The position numbers were made by a program, and so were the translations under genes. The notes beneath the pieces were generated by a model. It was not told the DNA's origin. It worked only from the letters and a program-made list of their open reading frames with translations, and made no database searches. A DNA stretch of 13,521 nucleotides from a virus (Duplodnaviria; Heunggongvirae; Uroviricota; Caudoviricetes): the IMG/VR virus record IMGVR_UViG_2526164613_000010. The stretch is one strand, 5' to 3'. Positions within the stretch are counted from its first letter, which is position 1, and each line of letters starts with the position of its first letter. Below, piece after piece: positions 8,221-13,521 of the stretch.

Positions 8221-10780
8221 TCTTGTTATTGACCTGAGTCTGGATGCGGTCCGTTTCGATGAGCAGATGAGCCGGGTAAGGCGTCATTTTTCAGGTCTGG
8301 ATACCGACGTCAGAAAAACCGCCAGTGCTGTTGAACAGGGCCTGAGCCGCCAGGCGCTGGCTGCACAAAAAGCCGGGATTTCCGTCGGGCAGTATAAAGC
8401 GGCCATGCGAACCCTGCCCGCACAGTTTACGGATATCGCCACGCAGCTTGCCGGTGGTCAGAATCCCTGGCTGATCCTGCTGCAACAGGGCGGTCAGGTG
8501 AAGGACTCCTTCGGCGGGATGATCCCCATGTTCAGGGGGCTTGCCGGTGCGATCACCCTGCCGATGGTCGGGGTCACCTCGCTGGCGGTGGCGACAGGTG
8601 CGCTGGTGTACGCCTGGTACCAGGGGGATTCCACGCTTTCAGCGTTTAATAAAACCCTGGTTCTTTCCGGTAATCAGTCCGGACTGACTGCCGATCGTAT
8701 GCTGACTCTCTCAAGAGCCGGGCAGGCAGCAGGGCTGACGTTTAACCAGGCGAGAGAGTCACTGGCAGCCCTGGTGAATGCCGGTGTGCGTGGTGGTGAA
8801 CAGTTTGATGCCATCAACCAGAGTGTCGCGCGTTTTGCGTCTGCATCCGGTGTGGAGGTGGATAAAGTCGCTGAAGCCTTCGGGAAGCTGACCACTGACC
8901 CGACGTCGGGACTGATGGCGATGGCGCGCCAGTTCCGTAACGTGACGGCAGAGCAGATTGCGTATGTTGCACAGCTGCAGCGTTCCGGAGACGAGGCCGG
9001 GGCATTGCAGGCGGCGAACGATATCGCCACGAAAGGCTTTGATGAGCAGACCCGTCGCCTGAAAGAAAACATGGGAACACTGGAGACCTGGGCGGATAAA
9101 ACAGGGAAGGCATTCAAATCGATGTGGGATGCCATTCTGGATATCGGTCGTCCTGAGTCCTCAGCGGATATGCTCGCCAGTGCACAGAAGGCATTTGATG
9201 AGGCGGATAAAAAATGGCAGTGGTACCAGAGCCGGAGCCAGCGCCGGGGAAAAACCGCCTCTTTCCGGGCCAACCTGCAGGGCGCATGGAATGACCGGGA
9301 AAATGCCCGTCTGGGGCTGGCAGCGGCCACGCTGCAGTCGGATATGGAAAAAGCCGGTGAACTGGCCGCCAGGGACCGGGCCGAACGGGACGCATCACAG
9401 CTGAAGTATACCGGAGAGGCGCAGAAGGCGTATGAGCGTCTGCTGACGCCGCTGGAGAAATATACCGCCCGTCAGGAAGAACTGAATAAGGCCCTGAAAG
9501 ACGGGAAAATCCTGCAGGCGGATTACAACACGCTGATGGCGGCGGCGAAAAAGGATTATGAATCGACGCTGAAAAAGCCGAAGTCGTCAGGAGTCAAAGT
9601 GTCAGCCGGTGAGCGTCAGGAAGACCAGGCGCATGCTGCCCTGCTGGCGCTTGAAACCGAGCTCCGGACGCTGGAAAAACACAGCGGTGCGAATGAGAAA
9701 ATCAGCCAGCAGCGTCGCGATTTATGGAAAGCGGAAAATCAGTATGCGGTCCTGAAAGAGGCAGCCACGAAACGGCAGTTATCTGAGCAGGAAAAATTCC
9801 TGCTGACCCATGAGAAAGAGACGCTGGAGTACAAACGCCAGCTGGCTGAGCTTGGCGACAAGGTTGAACACCAGAAACGGCTGAATGAGCTGGCACAGCA
9901 GGCGGCGCGGTTTGAACAGCAGCAGAGCGCGAAGCAGGCAGCCATCAGCGCAAAAGCCCGCGGCCTCACCGACCGTCAGGCGCAGCGGGAGTCGGAAGAG
10001 CAGCGCCTTCGTGACGTGTACGGTGATAATCCGGCTGCGCTGGCGAAGGCCACATCTGCACTGAAGAACACCTGGTCTGCGGAGGAGCAGCTTCGTGGAA
10101 GCTGGATGGCCGGGCTGAAGTCCGGCTGGGGCGAGTGGGCGGAAAGTGCGACGGACAGTTTTTCGCAGGTTAAAAGCGCGGCCACGCAGACCTTTGACGG
10201 TATTGCACAGAATATGGCGGGGATGCTGACCGGCAGCGAACAGAACTGGCGTGGTTTCACCCGTTCCGTGCTCTCCATGCTGACAGAGATTTTTCTGAAG
10301 CAGGCCATGGTGGGGATTGTCGGGAGTATTGGCAGCGCCATGGGTGGTGCTTTCGGTGGTGGGGCGTCTGCCTCCACGGGGACGGCCATTCAGGCTGCGG
10401 CGGCGAACTTCCATTTCGCGACCGGGGGATTTACGGGAACGGGGGGCAAATACGAACCTGCCGGTATTGTCCACCGCGGGGAGTTTGTCTTCACGAAGGA
10501 AGCAACCAGCCGGATTGGCGTCGGCAACCTGTACCGCCTGATGCGGGGCTATGCGGAAGGTGGTTATGTGGGCGGTGCCGGAAGTCCGGCGCAGATGCGG
10601 CGGACGGAAGGCATTAATTTTAATCAGAACAATCACGTGGTGATTCAGAACGACGGCTCCAACGGACAGGCGGGGCCGCAGCTGATGAAGGCGGTGTATG
10701 ACATGGCCCGCAAGGGGGCGCAGGATGAGATTCAGGCGCAGATGCGTGATGGCGGCGTCTTTTCCGGAGGCAGGCGATGA
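8201..10780 (+). CDS. H: Tail tape-measure protein gpH
   Basis: 859 aa against 853 for lambda gpH. Long colinear matches: M..PVGDLV.DLSLDA.RFDEQM.RVRRHFSG, AGISVGQYKAAMR.LPAQFTD.ATQLAGGQ.PWLILLQQGGQVKDSFGGMIPMFRGLAGAITLPMVG, and C-terminal ...GGFTGTGGKYEPAGIVHRGEFVFTKEATSRIGVGNLYRLMRGYA.GGYVG. Overlaps the T stop. Confidence 0.95.
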   Translation: MSQPVGDLVIDLSLDAVRFDEQMSRVRRHFSGLDTDVRKTASAVEQGLSRQALAAQKAGISVGQYKAAMRTLPAQFTDIATQLAGGQNPWLILLQQGGQVKDSFGGMIPMFRGLAGAITLPMVGVTSLAVATGALVYAWYQGDSTLSAFNKTLVLSGNQSGLTADRMLTLSRAGQAAGLTFNQARESLAALVNAGVRGGEQFDAINQSVARFASASGVEVDKVAEAFGKLTTDPTSGLMAMARQFRNVTAEQIAYVAQLQRSGDEAGALQAANDIATKGFDEQTRRLKENMGTLETWADKTGKAFKSMWDAILDIGRPESSADMLASAQKAFDEADKKWQWYQSRSQRRGKTASFRANLQGAWNDRENARLGLAAATLQSDMEKAGELAARDRAERDASQLKYTGEAQKAYERLLTPLEKYTARQEELNKALKDGKILQADYNTLMAAAKKDYESTLKKPKSSGVKVSAGERQEDQAHAALLALETELRTLEKHSGANEKISQQRRDLWKAENQYAVLKEAATKRQLSEQEKFLLTHEKETLEYKRQLAELGDKVEHQKRLNELAQQAARFEQQQSAKQAAISAKARGLTDRQAQRESEEQRLRDVYGDNPAALAKATSALKNTWSAEEQLRGSWMAGLKSGWGEWAESATDSFSQVKSAATQTFDGIAQNMAGMLTGSEQNWRGFTRSVLSMLTEIFLKQAMVGIVGSIGSAMGGAFGGGASASTGTAIQAAAANFHFATGGFTGTGGKYEPAGIVHRGEFVFTKEATSRIGVGNLYRLMRGYAEGGYVGGAGSPAQMRRTEGINFNQNNHVVIQNDGSNGQAGPQLMKAVYDMARKGAQDEIQAQMRDGGVFSGGRR

Positions 10781-11106
10781 AAACATTTCGCTGGAAAGTG
10801 AAGCCGGATATGGAGGTGAACTCGCAGCCATCGGTGCGTGAAGTGCGTTTTGGTGACGGGTATTCGCAGCGTATGGCGGCGGGGCTGAATGCTGACCTGA
10901 AAACATACCGTGTGACGCTTTCCGTGACCCGGGAGGAGGCCCGACATCTGGAGGCATTCCTGGCAGAGCACGGTGGCTGGAAGGCGTTTCTGTGGACACC
11001 GCCTTATGCCTGGCGGCAGATAAAGGTGACCTGTGCCGCCTGGTCATCACGGGTTCGCATGCTGCGGGTTGAATTCAGTGCCGAGTTTAAGCAGGTGGTG
11101 AACTGA
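10777..11106 (+). CDS. M: Minor tail protein gpM
   Basis: 109-aa ORF in the lambda M position, between H and L. ATGA overlap with the H stop at the 5' end and TGATG overlap with the L start at the 3' end. Confidence 0.85.
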   Translation: MKTFRWKVKPDMEVNSQPSVREVRFGDGYSQRMAAGLNADLKTYRVTLSVTREEARHLEAFLAEHGGWKAFLWTPPYAWRQIKVTCAAWSSRVRMLRVEFSAEFKQVVN

Positions 11107-11804
11107 TGCAGGATATTCACGAAGAAAGTCTGAACGAGTCGGTTAAATCAGAGCAGTCACCGCGGGTGGTACTCTGGGAAATCGACCTGACGGTACAGGG
11201 TGGTGAGCGGTATTTTTTCTGCAATGAGCTGAATGAAAAAGGGGAGGCGGTTACCTGGCAGGGGCGGCAATATCAGGCATACCCGATTGACGGCAGTGGC
11301 TTTGAGATGAACGGGAAGGGCAGCAGTGCCCGCCCGTCGCTGACGGTGTCCAATCTGTTCGGTCTGGTCACCGGAATGGCGGAGGACCTGCAGAGCCTGG
11401 TGGGGGCCACGGTGGTCCGCCGCCGGGTGTATGCCCGTTTTCTGGATGCGGTGAATTTTGTGGCGGGCAATCCGGAAGCGGACCCGGAGCAGGAGCTGAG
11501 CGACCGCTGGGTGGTGGAGCAGATGTCAGAGCTGACGGCCATGACAGCCTCGTTTGTGCTGGCAACACCGACGGAGACGGACGGAGCGCTGTTTCCCGGT
11601 CGCATCATGCTGGCGAACACCTGTATGTGGGATTACCGGGGAGATGAATGCGGGTATAACGGTCCTGCGGTGGCGGATGAGTTCGACAACCCCACCACGG
11701 ATATCCGTAAGGACAGATGCAGCAAGTGCATGCGCGGGTGTGAGATGCGCGGCATGGTGGCTAATTTTGGCGGTTTCCTTTCCATTAACAAACTTTCGCA
11801 GTAA
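11106..11804 (+). CDS. L: Minor tail protein gpL (tail tip; C-terminal cysteine cluster)
   Basis: MQDI..E.LNE....EQS..VVLWEIDLT..GGERYFFCNE.NEKGE.VTWQGRQYQ.YPI.GSGFE.NGKG.S.RP.LTVSNL.G.VTGMAED.QSLVG.TVVRR.VYARFLDAVNFV.GN..ADPEQE...RW..EQ.SEL...SASFVL.TPTETDGA.FPGRIMLANTC.W.YRGDECGY.GPAVADE.D.PT.DI.KD.CSKC...C......V.NFGGFLSINKLSQ matches lambda gpL. Confidence 0.93.
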   Translation: MQDIHEESLNESVKSEQSPRVVLWEIDLTVQGGERYFFCNELNEKGEAVTWQGRQYQAYPIDGSGFEMNGKGSSARPSLTVSNLFGLVTGMAEDLQSLVGATVVRRRVYARFLDAVNFVAGNPEADPEQELSDRWVVEQMSELTAMTASFVLATPTETDGALFPGRIMLANTCMWDYRGDECGYNGPAVADEFDNPTTDIRKDRCSKCMRGCEMRGMVANFGGFLSINKLSQ

Positions 11805-11809
11805 ATCCA

Positions 11810-12553
11810 ATGACACAGACAGAATCAGCGATTCTGGCGCATGCCCGGCGGTGTGTGCCTGCGGAGTCGTGGGGCTTCGTGGTGAGAACGCCGGAGGGGG
11901 AGCGGTATATCCCTTGTGTGAATATCTCTGCAGAGCCGGAGGCGTATTTTCGTATTGCACCGGAAGACTGGCTGCGGGCAGAGATGCAGGGGGAGATTGT
12001 GGCACTGGTCCACAGTCATCCCGGTGGTCTGCCCTGGCTGAGCGAGGCCGACCGGCGGCTGCAGATAAAAAGTGCACTGTCCTGGTGGCTGGTCTGCCGG
12101 GGGGACATTCATAAATTCCGCTGTGTGCCACATCTGACAGGACGGCTCTTTGAGCACGGGGTGACGGACTGTTACACGCTGTTCCGGGATGCATACCATC
12201 TGGCGGGAATTGATATGCCGGATTTTGAGCGTGAGGATGACTGGTGGCGCAATGGTCAGAACCTGTACCTGGACAATATGGAGGCGACTGGTTTTTACAG
12301 GATTTCCCTGCCTTCCGCACAGCCTGGCGATATCCTGCTGTGCTGCTTTGGCGCATCGGTGGCCAATCATGCCGCCATATACTGCGGCAACGGTGAACTG
12401 CTTCACCATCTGCCTGAACAACTGAGTAAACGGGAGAGGTATTCCGAAAAATGGCAACGACGAACGCATTCTGTCTGGCGTCACCGCCACTGGCACGCAT
12501 CTGCCTTCACGGGGATTTGCAACGATTTGGCCGCCGCCTCAGCCTGTATGTGA
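11810..12553 (+). CDS. K: Tail tip assembly protein gpK (JAB/MPN metalloprotease-like plus NlpC/P60 cysteine peptidase-like domains)
   Basis: MTQTESAILAHARRC.PAES.GFVV.TPEGERY.PCVNIS.EPEA...PEDWL.AEMQGEIVALVHSHPGGLPWLSEADRRLQ..S...WWLVCRG.IHKFRCVPHLTGR.FEHGVTDCYTLFRDAYHLAGI.MPDF.REDDWWRNGQNLYLDN.EATG.Y...L...QPGD.LLCCFG.SV.NHAAIYCG.GELLHH.PEQLSKRERY..KWQRRTHS.WRHR.W.ASAFTGI.NDL matches lambda gpK. JAMM-like HSHP...S..D and NlpC/P60-like Cys (DCYTL) and His (NHAAIY) are present. Confidence 0.93.
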   Translation: MTQTESAILAHARRCVPAESWGFVVRTPEGERYIPCVNISAEPEAYFRIAPEDWLRAEMQGEIVALVHSHPGGLPWLSEADRRLQIKSALSWWLVCRGDIHKFRCVPHLTGRLFEHGVTDCYTLFRDAYHLAGIDMPDFEREDDWWRNGQNLYLDNMEATGFYRISLPSAQPGDILLCCFGASVANHAAIYCGNGELLHHLPEQLSKRERYSEKWQRRTHSVWRHRHWHASAFTGICNDLAAASACM

Positions 12554-13131
12554 ACACGGCAGCGGAAGCCATCCGGGCGCTGTTGTTACAGGTGCCGGGA
12601 TTCCGCCGTCAGATGAACGAAGGCTGGTACCAGATACGTATTCGCGGTGAGGACACGGCACCGGAGGCGGTGTACGCCCGTCTTCACGAACCTCTGGGTG
12701 AGGGGGCGGTCATCCATATTGTGCCGCGACTGGCCGGAGCCGGAAAGGGCGGACTGCAGATTGTGCTGGGGGCGGCGGCCATCGTGGGGTCGTTCTTCAC
12801 GGCCGGGGCATCAATGGCGTTATGGGGTTCAGCCCTGGCAGCCGGTGGTTTTTCTGCCACCACGATGCTGTTTTCACTGGGGGCCAGCATGATTCTGGGT
12901 GGTGTGGCTCAGATGCTGGCCCCGAAGGCTAAAGTACCGGAGTACAAAAGCACGGATAACGGCAGACAGAACACGTACTTTTCGTCGCTGGATAACATGA
13001 TTGCCCAGGGGAACCCGATGCCGGTGCCTTACGGTGAAATGCTGGTTGGCTCCCGGCGAATCTCCCAGGACATCAGCACCCGTGATGAAGGCGGTGACGG
13101 GAAGGTGGTGGTTATCGGGCGGCAGGCATAA
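12451..13131 (+). CDS. I: Tail tip assembly protein gpI
   Basis: ...ARICL.GDLQRFGRR..L.V.T.AEAIRAL..Q.P.FR......GWYQ.RI.G.D........LHE.L..GAVIHIVPR.AGA..GG.FQIVLGAAAI.GSFFTAGA.....G.A..AGG......FSLGASM.LGGVAQMLAPKA..P....TDNG.QNTYFSSLDNM.AQGN..PV.YGEM.VGSR..SQ.IST.DEG.....VVVIGR matches lambda gpI. About 100 nt overlap with the 3' end of K, as in lambda. Confidence 0.9.
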   Translation: MATTNAFCLASPPLARICLHGDLQRFGRRLSLYVNTAAEAIRALLLQVPGFRRQMNEGWYQIRIRGEDTAPEAVYARLHEPLGEGAVIHIVPRLAGAGKGGLQIVLGAAAIVGSFFTAGASMALWGSALAAGGFSATTMLFSLGASMILGGVAQMLAPKAKVPEYKSTDNGRQNTYFSSLDNMIAQGNPMPVPYGEMLVGSRRISQDISTRDEGGDGKVVVIGRQA

Positions 13132-13142
13132 AACATAAAAAA

Positions 13143-13174
13143 TCCCGCAGTGCTCACGGACAGGAACTGCGGGA
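13143..13174 (-). other. Hairpin in the I-J spacer, terminator-like when read on the minus strand
   Basis: TCCCGCAGT (13143-13151) pairs with ACTGCGGGA (13166-13174) around a 14-nt loop. On the plus strand an A-rich tract AAACATAAAAAA at 13130-13141 precedes it, overlapping the last base or two of the I stop; on the minus strand that is a T-tract trailing the stem. The loop is large for an intrinsic terminator. Confidence 0.3.
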
Positions 13175-13304
13175 GAGTTACGAAGATTAACTATAGAGAG
13201 TTATTCTTATGTCACGACAAAAAACATTAACGCAGAGAAATTATTAGCGCCACAGTCAGTGTGTGAAAATGTGAAGATATTCAGAATTTTTATTCAGTCA
13301 TGAT

Positions 13305-13338
13305 ACAGGCATCCTCCGGGATGCCTGTTGTTTTTGTG
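13305..13338 (+). terminator. Strong rho-independent terminator-like hairpin in the I-J spacer, about 30 nt upstream of the J start
   Basis: 10-bp stem ACAGGCATCC (13305-13314) pairs with GGATGCCTGT (13319-13328) around loop TCCG, followed by TGTTTTTGTG. Confidence 0.55.
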
Positions 13339-13369
13339 CGTAACAGTTATCACAGTAAAGGGTGAGACA

Positions 13370-13521
13370 ATGGGCAAAGGTGGCGGCAAGGCGCACACGC
13401 CGGTAGAGGCAAAGGACAATCTTAAGTCCACGCAGATGATGAGCGTGATTGATGCCATTGGTGAAGGGCCGATTGAAGGTCCGGTGAAGGGGCTGCAGAG
13501 TATCCTGGTGAACAAAACCCG
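13370..13521 (+). CDS. J: Tail tip / host-specificity protein gpJ, 3'-partial (continues beyond the window)
   Basis: MGKGGGKAHTPVEAKDNLKSTQMMSVIDAIGEGPIEGPVKGLQSILVNKT matches the lambda gpJ N-terminus (MGKGSSKGHTPREAKDNLKSTQLLSVIDAISEGPIEGPV.GLKS.L.N.T). A GGGTGAG Shine-Dalgarno-like motif lies upstream. Confidence 0.92.
   Translation, partial: MGKGGGKAHTPVEAKDNLKSTQMMSVIDAIGEGPIEGPVKGLQSILVNKT

Noticed and set aside
9779-11050. 423-aa minus-strand ORF antisense to H and M
   Set aside because: It lies entirely inside strongly conserved plus-strand genes. Its translation is Pro/Arg/Ala-rich and low-complexity, as expected from the reverse frame of GC-rich coding DNA. No RBS or homology was recognised.
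11526-12500. 324-aa minus-strand ORF antisense to L and K (also 11825..12496 minus, 11554..12114 plus)
   Set aside because: Same reasoning: these are alternative-frame or antisense artefacts of GC-rich coding sequence overlapping clear gpL/gpK homologs.
13209-13247. 12-codon ORF (MSRQKTLTQRNY) in the I-J spacer
   Set aside because: Too short and no RBS; it cannot be supported as a gene from sequence alone. The spacer is reported as a possible non-coding locus instead.

Overview
The window is a lambda-like (lambdoid siphovirus) morphogenesis operon, all on the + strand and in canonical lambda order: B portal (5'-partial), C/Nu3 prohead protease-scaffold, D, E, FI, FII, Z, U, V, G, T, H, M, L, K, I and J (3'-partial). 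Assignments rest on my own by-eye comparison of the translated ORFs with remembered lambda protein sequences; no database search was run. Three things break the otherwise intact operon: (1) a 1258-bp IS3-family insertion sequence (IS911-like OrfA/OrfB, minus strand) sits inside the major tail protein gene V, with imperfect terminal inverted repeats and a 3-bp AAG target-site duplication; (2) the C/Nu3 gene is split across three reading frames by two 1-nt frame changes, both at homopolymer runs; (3) the I-J spacer is enlarged to about 238 bp, is AT-rich and carries two hairpins. Both programmed -1 frameshift sites are visible: G GGA AAG for the G-T fusion and A AAA AAG for the IS orfAB transposase. 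I see no CRISPR array, tRNA, rRNA, or any defence/anti-defence cassette; this looks like a cryptic or decaying lambdoid prophage in an enterobacterial host rather than a novel system.
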